DNA of 64,000 nucleotides. It comes from an uncultured Methanoregulaceae archaeon. GTDB lineage: Archaea; Halobacteriota; Methanomicrobia; Methanomicrobiales; Methanospirillaceae. Position 1 is the first letter of the stretch. Each line of letters begins with the position of its first letter. Below the pieces are notes generated by a model. It did no database searches, was not told the origin of the DNA, and saw only the letters and a program-made list of their open reading frames with translations. Of this stretch, positions 41,155-51,224 are shown piece after piece. A program made the position numbers and the translations under genes. The DNA lies in the NCBI GenBank assembly GCA_963841015.1, contig CAWJAX010000003.1:480001-544000 (forward strand). Reading direction: 5' to 3'.

Positions 41155-41718
41155 ATGGCTGCTGAAAGTCCGACAATGGACACTCAAGAAAAGCGTGCCT
41201 GGCTGAAAAATCTGTATTTGATCAGCCGTGTTCTGGTAGTTATTGCAATTATCGGGATGATTATTACCTCGGTTATTGTGATAGTAACCGCATTTGCGGA
41301 AGTATTCCGGATTATGTCATTTTTTATGCACGAAGGCATGCTATCCGAAGAGGCAGGAAAATTTCTCTCAGTGAATGTGACAGAAATGATAGACCTTTAC
41401 CTGCTTGGGCTTGTCCTTATTATAATGTCAATAGGCTTGTATCAGCTTTTCATTGATCCGGATGTCGACCTCCCGGAATGGCTGGATACGCCGTCATTTG
41501 ATATCCTGAAAGCACGCCTCCTGATCGTTGTTGCCGTTATTCTTCCTGTGATGTTTTTAGGCTATGCCGCCACTGCAACTGATGGAGCCTTCATTGCTGG
41601 TCTCGGAATCGCCATTTCACTCGTCATGTTTGCAATCGGTTATATTATCAGTATTGCTTCCAAAGGCCAGATTGAGAGGAAGCGCCTGGAAATGCAGGGA
41701 GCGGATCAGAAAAATTAG
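41155..41718 (+). CDS. YqhA (UPF0114) family membrane protein
   Basis: IDLYL..IGLYQLFI..LPEWL..SFDILK. Confidence 0.88.
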   Translation: MAAESPTMDTQEKRAWLKNLYLISRVLVVIAIIGMIITSVIVIVTAFAEVFRIMSFFMHEGMLSEEAGKFLSVNVTEMIDLYLLGLVLIIMSIGLYQLFIDPDVDLPEWLDTPSFDILKARLLIVVAVILPVMFLGYAATATDGAFIAGLGIAISLVMFAIGYIISIASKGQIERKRLEMQGADQKN

Positions 41719-41845
41719 GCTTATGCCGTAAAAAAAGCGATAATTAGAATACATTGTACCTTCTTTTCCTAGTCTGATACCTTTAAATAACAACGGAAAT
41801 ATGTTATGATATGACCCTTTGGAAGGTGTCAGGAAACGATCACGC

Positions 41846-42568
41846 ATGACTCAGGAACTCATGAAAGTCAAGATAGATTATGCCCAGGCAGCTGAAATCC
41901 TCAAAACTTCCCTGAAGATGAAAGGATCTCCTGTTGCAGTGGGATTTGCGACAACCAAAGACGATATTCCCCCGGGGATACCGGAGCTCGATAAAACAAT
42001 AAAGCACTGTATGATGGTGAGCCTGGCCAGGAACGAAGGCAGGACCTTTTATTCCACGACAGAAAAGCACGAATGCATGGGAGGTGCCTATGCCTTAGGC
42101 TTCAAGGATCTTACCCCTACCCTAAAGTCAGGCCAGTTCTATTTTAAACTGGGGAAATTTGAGAGTGTTACTTCCAGTAAAAGAACGATGGAGAGCGTAC
42201 CCCACCTCCCTACCGGTGAGACCTATGCAACCATGTACGCTCCTTTGGAAAAGACACCATTCGTCCCGCAGGTAATAATTATTATTGCCAATCCATGGTC
42301 TATGCTGAAGCTGGCGCAATCTTCGTTATTCCGGATGGGAGGAAGAATACATGCCTCGTTCTCCGGTATCCAGTCGGTCTGTTCAGATTCCGTCGCCCAG
42401 ACAGTTCTCACCGGTAAACCAAACTTCTCCCTCGGTTGTGATGGTTCACGGAAGTTTTCCGGGATTGCCGATGATGAGATGGTCATGGGAATTCCCGCGG
42501 AGATGCTGCCAGAGATAGTGGATGCAGTAAAAATCGTTACCCAGGCTCCCGGTTCCAAAAAACCATAG
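41846..42568 (+). CDS. DUF169 family protein
   Basis: SPVAV, HC, ECMGG, QSVCSD, LGCDGSR. Confidence 0.88.
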   Translation: MTQELMKVKIDYAQAAEILKTSLKMKGSPVAVGFATTKDDIPPGIPELDKTIKHCMMVSLARNEGRTFYSTTEKHECMGGAYALGFKDLTPTLKSGQFYFKLGKFESVTSSKRTMESVPHLPTGETYATMYAPLEKTPFVPQVIIIIANPWSMLKLAQSSLFRMGGRIHASFSGIQSVCSDSVAQTVLTGKPNFSLGCDGSRKFSGIADDEMVMGIPAEMLPEIVDAVKIVTQAPGSKKP

Positions 42569-42783
42569 TCCTTTTTAATAGTCCAATGATTACGGTGAAT
42601 ACATAAAAAAAATGAAGATAGACACTCATTTATTCAATTTATCATGAGAGACAGATTAAAAAGAGGAGCATTTTCTGGAGATCCCTCTAACCCCGCATCT
42701 CTCAACCGGGATAGGGGTAATCGATTTTAATTCAGGTTTTCAATAGTTCAAAAAAATAGATTTTTAAGGTTCCGCTCACCGAT

Positions 42784-43176
42784 TTACATCGGAATCTCGA
42801 ATGCCTGTTTCGTACCAGGCAACAGGCAGTAGATCAATACCAGTCCGCTGATAATGATAAGCGGAGCCATTGCCTCCCAGGATGAGCCTCCCAGTACGCA
42901 GATAATTCCATATATCAGGTCAAACCCTGCAATCATCACCATCCACAACCATCCCGATGGATGGACTACCCATAGCGCCCCGGCTATACCCAGCCATACA
43001 AAGGCAATGAATCCCCAGATAAGAGCCCCTATGAGGCTGAACTGGTAAAATGCAACGGGTCCAAGATACGTGGGAAGCAGATGTAACATCTGTAAGGTAA
43101 CGATAAATGCGTTAACCGCAGCGATAATCGCCACGATTGCCATTATCGTAACACCAATAGGTCGTTCTTTTGCCAT
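42784..43176 (-). CDS. Hypothetical 4-TM membrane protein
   Basis: RPIGVTI...PGTKQAF; GGAG upstream. Confidence 0.8.
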   Translation of the reverse strand: MAKERPIGVTIMAIVAIIAAVNAFIVTLQMLHLLPTYLGPVAFYQFSLIGALIWGFIAFVWLGIAGALWVVHPSGWLWMVMIAGFDLIYGIICVLGGSSWEAMAPLIIISGLVLIYCLLPGTKQAFEIPM

Positions 43177-43476
43177 ATGTCAATCACTCCTTTAGACCAA
43201 GTAGTTCAACGGAGAAGTATAAATACGTGGCGAGAGCCAACGATCGGGTCTCAAGAGAGCCAAAAAAGAGAATTTTTTTTTAACGTTACGTTCCAATCCG
43301 GAAGGAGAGCAAAAAAAGCAAAAAAGAGAATTGTGGGTTTATGGCATAAAAAAATACAATGAGTGTTTTATTTGTCTTTAGGGGTCAGTGTCATCCGAAC
43401 TAAAAAAACACCAGCATGCAATTTCCTGTAACTGATTTCTAAAAAGGTAGTGAATAAAAAAATTGTTTTACGATTA

Positions 43477-43746
43477 TTAACCAAGAAGCTTCTTCTTGGC
43501 AGCGGTGAATTCCTCGTCCGTGAGCACACCCGATTTGTGCAGATCAGCCAGCTTTTGCAGCTCCGTTGTGACATCTTTGGTGGGTGCCGCGGCTGCCGGG
43601 GGTGCCGATGCCCTGGCTTCAGCTGCACCCTGCTGCTTTGCCTGTTCTACCTCTGCCTGTTGCTGGGCTTGCGCCTGCATCTGCTGCTGGGCCTGCTGTT
43701 CTCCCATTCTACGGCCTGCAGCGAGCATTAACATTCTTCCCCGCAT
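43477..43746 (-). CDS. SHOCT-domain protein
   Basis: Q/A-rich linker, then ELQKLADLHKSGVLTDEEFTAAKKKLLG. Confidence 0.9.
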   Translation of the reverse strand: MRGRMLMLAAGRRMGEQQAQQQMQAQAQQQAEVEQAKQQGAAEARASAPPAAAAPTKDVTTELQKLADLHKSGVLTDEEFTAAKKKLLG

Positions 43747-43747
43747 C

Positions 43748-44212
43748 TTACTCACCACCCGTTGTGATAAGATCCTGCTCCACCTTTCTGATCAGTTCGG
43801 AGGGAATCCTTCCCTGATCCACCAGCTCTGCTCCCGTTTTTAGCAGGGCGTCCTTGAAGGGAATCGCCCAGGTGTTTTCAAAGAGCAGAATAGCTGCAGA
43901 GCAGTTGTTGGGTAAAGATTCAGCAAATACTTCAATGTCAGCCTCTGAAAGCCACTCATTTACCCGGTGGGCAAACTCGCTGAAAGCATCACCTTCAACC
44001 CCTCCGAGATTCTTGGCTTCGGTAATCAACATCTTTCCCTTCATATCTTTCAGTACGAAAACCAGATCGATTATCCGGATAAGACCATTTTTTTCCAGCT
44101 TGTTCAGCTCAGGGGCTATCAGGCCACTGAACTTGTTTCCCGGAAAACGCACTACGAGATAGTCTACCGGGCCCATGATTTTACCTGGCTTTCTGGTGAC
44201 TTTTTTTGTCAT
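43748..44212 (-). CDS. DUF6325/DUF1269-like protein
   Basis: GPVDYLVVRFPG, IRIIDLVFV, AAILLFENTWA, GRIP. Confidence 0.85.
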   Translation of the reverse strand: MTKKVTRKPGKIMGPVDYLVVRFPGNKFSGLIAPELNKLEKNGLIRIIDLVFVLKDMKGKMLITEAKNLGGVEGDAFSEFAHRVNEWLSEADIEVFAESLPNNCSAAILLFENTWAIPFKDALLKTGAELVDQGRIPSELIRKVEQDLITTGGE

Positions 44213-44554
44213 ACTACTTTCTTTTTTCATATCAATCCTCAACAGGGCTCCCGATTACAGAGCCGGCATAAGTTACTGGTGGACTTTATAAATAAAAATA
44301 CTGTGGTGATTTTCACCAATTGAAAAGAAGCTAAAAAGAAGAGATGAGAGAAAGTTTTAACCGATATCAGGACGCGATTCACGTCAGGTGTCATCTGATC
44401 CATTATTTACCGGTAACGCATCCCCATAAAAACCTGACACTCCCCCAACCCGGGTGCAGGACGCTGTCTCCACGGGGAAGGTCAATCCGCACACCAGGAA
44501 AAGGATTAATAGGGCATACATCAAATTGCCATACGTTCAGGAGGAGGGAAAAAC

Positions 44555-44671
44555 ATGAGCCAGGAGGAAGGGAAAAAAAATGATACCACATTCTGGATAG
44601 TTATAATTGTTCTTCTCGTGCTGGTAATAGTCGGGGGCGCATATTTACGATGGCAATTCTGGACAGGGTAA
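44555..44671 (+). CDS. 38-aa single-TM small protein
   Basis: MSQEEGKKNDTTFWIVIIVLLVLVIVGGAYLRWQFWTG, with GGAGG SD upstream. Confidence 0.62.
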   Translation: MSQEEGKKNDTTFWIVIIVLLVLVIVGGAYLRWQFWTG

Positions 44672-45038
44672 CCGGAATATCCGATACACTTTTCGTAAAA
44701 CTATTCCATAAGCTGTCAAAGTAACACCACCAGGAAAATTCGGGATCAGTCTCCTTTCAGCTTTGGATCTTTTATACTCCTTAAAATGCGTTCATATTCG
44801 CATTCTGTTGACATATAAAGAGCAGAGAGGGCACGTTTCCATCAGGCACGGGAAAAGAAGGCCGGTTATGGTTAACCGGCAATTTTTTTTAAAAAACCAT
44901 CGGCACACAGGGAATAACGATTGCTTTCGTACCAAACCAATTGCCCCACGTTTCAGGAGCAGGGAAAACAGGGATTCTTTTGGATCAGAATTAAAAGGTA
45001 TTTTAACGAGTGGTATTCATATGTTGACGTAAGGGTGA

Positions 45039-46784
45039 TTGTCGATTCAACCTTCCGGTTCACCATCACACATCAAAGAGCCTGAACCTTCCGGTATACG
45101 AAGAATTGAGAAATATGTACCGGGAATAGGACTGCTTCGAACCTATGACCGGGGTTTGCTGAAGACCGACCTGGTTGTAGCTGTCACCGTTTTTGCCATT
45201 CTTGTTCCCTCAGCTCTTGCCTATGGCGAGCTGGCGGGTTTTGAGCCGGTAGTTGGACTCTATGCTGCTCTGGTTGCCATGATCATTTACGCGCTCTTTG
45301 GCAGTTCACGGCAGCTCATCATTGGTCCCGAGTCCACAACGGCGATCTTAGTGGCTACCGTAGTCGCACCTCTGGCAGGTGGGGACATCGCCCGGTATGC
45401 ATATCTGGCGGCGGCTTTGGCTATACTTATCGGCCTCATCTGTATTCTCGCGGGAAAATTCAATATGGGGTTTGTTGCCGATTTTTTCTCAAAACCCATC
45501 CTCACCGGATATATTGCGGGAACCGCCCTGATAGTAATCGCCAGCCAGTTAGGCAAGATTTTTGGCATCTCACTGGTCAACGATGATTTTTTTGCAAAAA
45601 TCTGGGAACTGATAACGAGCCTGGATCAGACTCATGTTATAACGCTGGCCGTGGGACTGGTCTCTATTCTGGGGCTTATCATCATCAAACGCTTTGCTCC
45701 CCGAATTCCCGCCACGCTGGTGGTGCTGGTTGCCGGCATTATCGTGTCTTCAGTCTTCAACCTTGCGGATTTTGGGGTAGATGTGGTTGGCCAGGTTGCA
45801 AGCGGCCTTCCTTCACTCCAGATTCCGGTTGTAAGCCTGGCCGACATGAGAACACTCCTCCCGGCAGCGCTTGCCATGACTGTTATCATCTTTGCGGATT
45901 CGGTGCTTACAGCCCGGGTATTTGCGAGGAAAAATCACTACGAAATCGACTCCAACCAGGAGCTGGTTGCATTTGGAGCGGCAAACATCTCAACCGGCCT
46001 CTTCCAGAGTTTTCCTGTCGGGGGCAGCGCTTCAAAGACGGTTGTCAATGATGATTCCGGCGGAAAGAGCCAGATGGTGGGATTAATCGCTGCCGGATTG
46101 GTGATTGTTTTTCTTTTGTTCTTTACATCGCTCCTTCAGAATCTTCCTCTCGCAGTGCTGGGAGCGATTATCATCGTTGCCTGTATCAGCCTGATCGACA
46201 TAGGGGAGTTCCGGAGTCTGCATCTGGTGCGCCACAGCGAATACTACCTGTCCATTCTGACCGTCTTTGGCGTGCTGGTCATTGGAATCATTCCGGGCAT
46301 AGCACTCGCCATAGGATTGTCGTTACTTGTGTTTATCCAGAGTGTGTACCGTCCCCATACCTCTGTACTGGGAACGGAGCCGGGAGTTGATGGACATCAT
46401 GGCATAGCACCCGGGGGTGACATGCAGATTGTACCGGGCATGATCGTGTACGGATTCGATGCACCCCTCTTCTTTGCCAATGCTCCCTACCTGATGGATC
46501 AGGTCAGTGACCTCATTTCCGCTGCTGATCCTCCCATCACGTACTTCCTCATCGATGCCGAGGCAATTCCTGATATCGATACTACCGCATCCGATACGCT
46601 CAAAGAGATATATAACGAGCTCCGCGAGAAAGGTATTACCCTGGGTATGGCCCGGGCAAACAAGCCTTTGCGGGAAACCATGCGGCTCACCGGCCTGGAG
46701 AACCTCATAGGTACCTCCAATTTTTACCCGACCATCCGAACCGCAATCGAAGCGTATCAGAAGCGATCCCCTGCAGAGAAGTAA
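45039..46784 (+). CDS. SulP family anion transporter with STAS domain
   Basis: VPSALAYG, GPES, DSNQELVAFG, DAPLFFAN. Confidence 0.94.
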   Translation: MSIQPSGSPSHIKEPEPSGIRRIEKYVPGIGLLRTYDRGLLKTDLVVAVTVFAILVPSALAYGELAGFEPVVGLYAALVAMIIYALFGSSRQLIIGPESTTAILVATVVAPLAGGDIARYAYLAAALAILIGLICILAGKFNMGFVADFFSKPILTGYIAGTALIVIASQLGKIFGISLVNDDFFAKIWELITSLDQTHVITLAVGLVSILGLIIIKRFAPRIPATLVVLVAGIIVSSVFNLADFGVDVVGQVASGLPSLQIPVVSLADMRTLLPAALAMTVIIFADSVLTARVFARKNHYEIDSNQELVAFGAANISTGLFQSFPVGGSASKTVVNDDSGGKSQMVGLIAAGLVIVFLLFFTSLLQNLPLAVLGAIIIVACISLIDIGEFRSLHLVRHSEYYLSILTVFGVLVIGIIPGIALAIGLSLLVFIQSVYRPHTSVLGTEPGVDGHHGIAPGGDMQIVPGMIVYGFDAPLFFANAPYLMDQVSDLISAADPPITYFLIDAEAIPDIDTTASDTLKEIYNELREKGITLGMARANKPLRETMRLTGLENLIGTSNFYPTIRTAIEAYQKRSPAEK

Positions 46785-46941
46785 CCGAAGCTGGTAATAA
46801 TCAGCAAAATGTTACGATCTGCGGGATAAAATCGCATAATTCACGGTTACCGGCGATTGTTAAAAAAAATTTCTTATTCCCGGTTTTTCCACCCATGAGC
46901 ATGATTATTCCAGGTATCGTTGCATCCTGCGGTAAGTACTC

Positions 46942-47619
46942 CTACCCACCGAGAACTATGGTAAACCCGGTAATAATAACTGCAATCAATGCAGTCATGG
47001 ATCCCGTCCAGATCTTCTTTGTTATCCGGGGTTCCTCTTCTCTCCAGTATCCCATGAAGAATAACAAGAGAATTCCTAAAATATTGGAAACCAGCAGGGC
47101 ATCCAGGATTACTGAAGGGGATTTCTCATCCAGAACAAAGAAAAACGGCACGAGCACAAGGACGGCAGATCCTACCACAAGGGCGAATGCCAGAAACACG
47201 GTAATAGCATCATCTTTCAGGGGTACCTTGCCAGCCTCTGTTTTCGGTAATTTCTCCAGTACTTTTTTATAGATTCGTTCCTTCTCTTCATTATCCAGTT
47301 CACCTACCAGTGTTTCATCCAGATTCTGTTCGATGAGGGAACGGGCACGTTCCCCGCCATCCGGTGAGGCTGCAAGGGAGATCAACTTCTTTTTCTTCTC
47401 CTGTTCATAGTGAGCCTCCCATGCATAGAAGATACCATCCACCAATCCCCAGGCAATACAACAGGATAAGGCGGCTATGATAATATCATCAAGAAACAGA
47501 TGCATTAATGCAGGAGTCTGGTTATACCGCAAAATACAGGTGAAACATACCACCATAATTACACCAAACATCGGCTCCGAACTGTACCAGAATCTTCCTA
47601 GGTAATCTGACAACCCCAT
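46942..47619 (-). CDS. VIT1/CCC1-like membrane protein
   Basis: EPMFGVIMV, CCIAWGLVDG, TM pattern. Confidence 0.7.
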   Translation of the reverse strand: MGLSDYLGRFWYSSEPMFGVIMVVCFTCILRYNQTPALMHLFLDDIIIAALSCCIAWGLVDGIFYAWEAHYEQEKKKKLISLAASPDGGERARSLIEQNLDETLVGELDNEEKERIYKKVLEKLPKTEAGKVPLKDDAITVFLAFALVVGSAVLVLVPFFFVLDEKSPSVILDALLVSNILGILLLFFMGYWREEEPRITKKIWTGSMTALIAVIITGFTIVLGG

Positions 47620-47997
47620 CGAAAAACACCTATGTATAACGGAAGAAAACCGCAATACTAATAAATTTTTGCGTGATGTGAGAGCCGCCATTTTACTGGC
47701 GATTACCCGCAGATACAGTTACAGTATTTTTATGTCACGTTCAGAGCACGGAAAAGAGGTTCCTGTCTGAAATTATAGCCGCAAAATAGCATAATCTGAG
47801 CCAGCACCGTAATAACAGATGCAAATTCCGCCGTTGTCATGTCACCTGGGCTGGTGTATAATTCCCTGGTAATCCCCGCCAGGTTTTCCTTTTAAAAGCG
47901 ACCGGGAAACCCCAAATGCACATCTTCCAGCGCAACCAGTATCCGCTATGACTATAAATAGGAAAAGAACAAGTTAATGTAACCATTGGTGATTTAC

Positions 47998-48552
47998 ATG
48001 GTTTCACAAACTGTTACTTCTCAACAGGCGGATGTCCGCCTCTTCCCCTGGTGGCTTGTCCTCCTGTGGGGTATTTTTGCAGTGATCATAGGTGCCCTGT
48101 TCCTGGCGTATCCCCTCAATTCGCTCATGGCATCTATCGTATTCCTCGGTGTATACTGGTTTATCGGTGGGATCTTTACCCTGTTTGCCGCGTTCATGGA
48201 GGCAACTGACCGGGGCTGGAAGATCCTCATAGCGATAATCAGTATCATCGCCGGTCTTGCTATCCTGGCATATCCGTTGTACAGCTTCCTGGTCCTGCCG
48301 GCCTTCTTCGTCATATTCGTGGGCTTCTGGGCCCTGTTTGTCGGGGCTGTCAAGATCTGGCAGGGTTTTGCCGGAAAAGACTGGGGTGCAGTAGTGCTGG
48401 GTGTCATCAGCTTAATCTTTGGTTTCCTTCTGCTCGGTTCACCCTATGTTGCAGTTGCACTTCTTCCGTACATCTTCGGCGGATTTGCGCTGGTTGGTGG
48501 AATTGCCGCCATTGTTGTCTCCTTTATGGTAAGGGGAGAACAGAAGGCATAA
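47998..48552 (+). CDS. DUF308/HdeD family membrane protein
   Basis: WWLVLLWG...P repeats, 6 TM. Confidence 0.88.
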   Translation: MVSQTVTSQQADVRLFPWWLVLLWGIFAVIIGALFLAYPLNSLMASIVFLGVYWFIGGIFTLFAAFMEATDRGWKILIAIISIIAGLAILAYPLYSFLVLPAFFVIFVGFWALFVGAVKIWQGFAGKDWGAVVLGVISLIFGFLLLGSPYVAVALLPYIFGGFALVGGIAAIVVSFMVRGEQKA

Positions 48553-49073
48553 AACCAGTAAATTCTTTTTTTGTGAATTTTACGTATCACCCGCTATTGT
48601 ACTCAAGACAATGGGGTTTCCCCACGGCTTTTCTCTCAAATACGCTGAGGCAGCGGATAATTCCTTGAATCCGTTTGAGAAAAGAGCAGACAGGAAAGAA
48701 TAATTTTGATGATGTAGTTAAAAAAAAGTGATTTATTTCACTTCTTGTCTTTTTTCTTCTCTTCTTTCTTATCGTCTCTTCGTCCTGAAACTGCCTTGGC
48801 AGCAGCAACCTTTTTAACAATGCCCATACCTTGTTCCACCTCCCAGCACTCTCGTGAATCAATATAATTGATACCCTGGAAGTTGTGCTAAGAATATGTC
48901 ATTCATCAATAATTTATATACTTGGTGGGGAACCCGGGGCAGAAATGGTGGCTGGAGACAAAACAGACCCTTTCCTGAACCCTGAATTCCTGGACTTTTT
49001 TATTTTTATAAAGTCCCCAATAATATATATACTTAAAAATCCTCTATGTGAGAGTATAAAAGGAGGAAAAAAC

Positions 49074-49610
49074 ATGGTTGAATTTGGACCGATACAGATG
49101 ATCGCGATGGGATTTCCAAACCAGGAAAATCTGCATGGCGAATTAATTAGTGAATTATTCAGACTGAGTGATTATAAGATCATCAGAATGGTAGGATTCC
49201 TCGCAATTGCGAAGAATCAGCAAGGCAAGATTGCATCTCTTCAGCTTACCCAGCTTTCTGATGATGACCGGATAAAATTAGCTGCCGGCATCGGAGCGCT
49301 TATTGGTTTTGGTGCAGCTGGCGAAGAGGGTGCCAAAGTCGGAGCAAATGCTGGTGCTGAGGCTGCCTATTATAAGGAATTTGGACTGGACAAGAAACAA
49401 ATCAATAGCATTGCAGAGAACATTCCCAATGGCACTGCAGCTGGATTCGTACTCATTGAGCACCTGTGGGCCAAGAGATTCAAGGAGATTGCGCTCAGCA
49501 AACATGCAGTCCTTCTCGCGAATGGTTTCATAACCATGGATGCACTTGTGGCAATGGGTGCACACCTGGCAGAAGGCATAAAAGCAGCAGAAACAGTCAA
49601 ATTGAAATAA
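49074..49610 (+). CDS. DUF1269/DUF6325-like protein
   Basis: GPIQMIAMGF, GALIGFG Gly-rich segment, LIEHLWA; AGGAGG SD. Confidence 0.82.
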   Translation: MVEFGPIQMIAMGFPNQENLHGELISELFRLSDYKIIRMVGFLAIAKNQQGKIASLQLTQLSDDDRIKLAAGIGALIGFGAAGEEGAKVGANAGAEAAYYKEFGLDKKQINSIAENIPNGTAAGFVLIEHLWAKRFKEIALSKHAVLLANGFITMDALVAMGAHLAEGIKAAETVKLK

Positions 49611-49771
49611 TCGTCGGGTTTATCCAATAACCCCCCGATTTTCACGATCACCAACAATTTTTATTTTCATTTTTATGACGTTTGCATAATTGCCGGCAAT
49701 TCACCCGGTTGCAAATCCTGAAAAAAGGTTGAAGCTGTTTGAGGGGTGAAAATTCCTGAGGATTGCGTTGT

Positions 49772-49890
49772 GGATTCGTAGGGTTCATCCTCGGGCCGGT
49801 GCTGATGGCACTCCTGGTGACCGTCTATAAACTGTTTGCTGAAGAAGTATCTTCGTAAGCTTCTGAAAGCCTGACCGTATAGTGCAGACT
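49772..49890 (+). repeat. Orphan copy of the AI-2E gene 3' end (direct repeat of 55810-55927)
   Basis: GGATTCGTAGG..GGGCCGGTGCTGATGGC..CCGTCTATAAACTGT..GCTTCTGAAA..CTGACCG..TAGTGC is present at both sites. Confidence 0.9.
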
Positions 49891-49994
49891 ACCATACCGG
49901 TAGAAGGAAATGGGGGGATAACAATCCAAGATCGCAAGTGCAAAATAATCCAACATTCGACTTAAGGGTAACGATTAAAGGAGAAAACAGAATT

Positions 49995-51161
49995 ATGGTA
50001 AAACGAGTTAAGAAATCCACTACGGTACCGTTGAACTGGAAAGAGGTGTGGTTCACCAACTGCCCCATGGTATCCGCCAACAATGTCGACCAGGAGCTGG
50101 GGTGGTGCCGTGAGGAGTTCAAGAAGATCGGCGTCGAGTACGCCTACTTCCGCCACGCACCCGAGAACAACTGGTACCCGCACTACATCCACAACCTCGA
50201 CAACCTGATCCGTTTTGGTGGTCTCTATCCCCCGATTCATGTTCATGCGGACATCCGCCGAACCGTGCTTCTGGGGGCAACCTGGGTATATGAAGGCGGC
50301 TGCATGGCCGTGCGTGCCCGCGACAACATCTTCCGGGTGAAGGATCTGAAAGGTAAGAAGATCGGCATCTCGAAGAGCCTGAATACCATCAAGAACGACT
50401 GGTGGCGAATCCAGGAACACATGGGCATCGAGAACATGCTCATGTTGAACGATATGTCCATGGATGACGTGGAGCTCGTGGAGTTCCCCTACCCGGATGA
50501 CTGGTATGATAAACCTGAAATGCTGGACCCACCGATGAACAACCCGTCTGAGCTATGGATGCGCCGTGACCACAAGCACGACCTTGCCTTCCGCCCGCTG
50601 GAAACAGCGTTGCTGAATGGTACCGTCGACGCCATCTACACCCAGAGCAAAGTCTTCCAGCATCTCCAGGAGGCTACTGGCAAGATTAAGATGATCGAGG
50701 ATTTATCAAGGTACCCCGACTGGACTGTGCAGGTCGCCAATACTCCCGCCGTCATCACGTGTACCGATGTGATGGCCAAAAAACACCCCGAACTCGTTAT
50801 CGCCTATATGAAAGCCATGGTCAGGGTCGGACGCTGGGCCAACGAGCACAAGCGTGCCGCAGCAGCGATCCTCAACCGGCAAACCTTCTACCTCGATGCT
50901 GAGGATACCTATCGGGGCATCAAGCACGTAGACATGGTTCCGAGCCTGAGTGCACAGAACCTGCAATGCATCAGGATCGGCAAGGATTTCATGCTGAGCC
51001 ACGGTTACATCAAGCACGACTTTGATGTGGACAAATGGGCAGCGCCGGAATTCCTGGAGCAGGCAGCGGTTGAAGTACTCAAGGAGGAGTGGGCGAGAAA
51101 GAGCTGGAGCAAACTTCCTACGGGAGGCAGGCTCGATGCTGAAGGCACACGGCTCGGGTAG
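49995..51161 (+). CDS. DszB-like (SsuA/THI5-fold) protein, putative sulfinate desulfinase
   Basis: FTNCP, PHY, IRFGG match the DszB Cys27/His60/Arg70 motifs; no signal peptide. Confidence 0.78.
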   Translation: MVKRVKKSTTVPLNWKEVWFTNCPMVSANNVDQELGWCREEFKKIGVEYAYFRHAPENNWYPHYIHNLDNLIRFGGLYPPIHVHADIRRTVLLGATWVYEGGCMAVRARDNIFRVKDLKGKKIGISKSLNTIKNDWWRIQEHMGIENMLMLNDMSMDDVELVEFPYPDDWYDKPEMLDPPMNNPSELWMRRDHKHDLAFRPLETALLNGTVDAIYTQSKVFQHLQEATGKIKMIEDLSRYPDWTVQVANTPAVITCTDVMAKKHPELVIAYMKAMVRVGRWANEHKRAAAAILNRQTFYLDAEDTYRGIKHVDMVPSLSAQNLQCIRIGKDFMLSHGYIKHDFDVDKWAAPEFLEQAAVEVLKEEWARKSWSKLPTGGRLDAEGTRLG

Positions 51162-51224
51162 CCGGAGGATGCCTGACACAGTTCTAACAGTATGATGTGA
51201 ACTTAGTGAAAAGGAGATGCGTTA

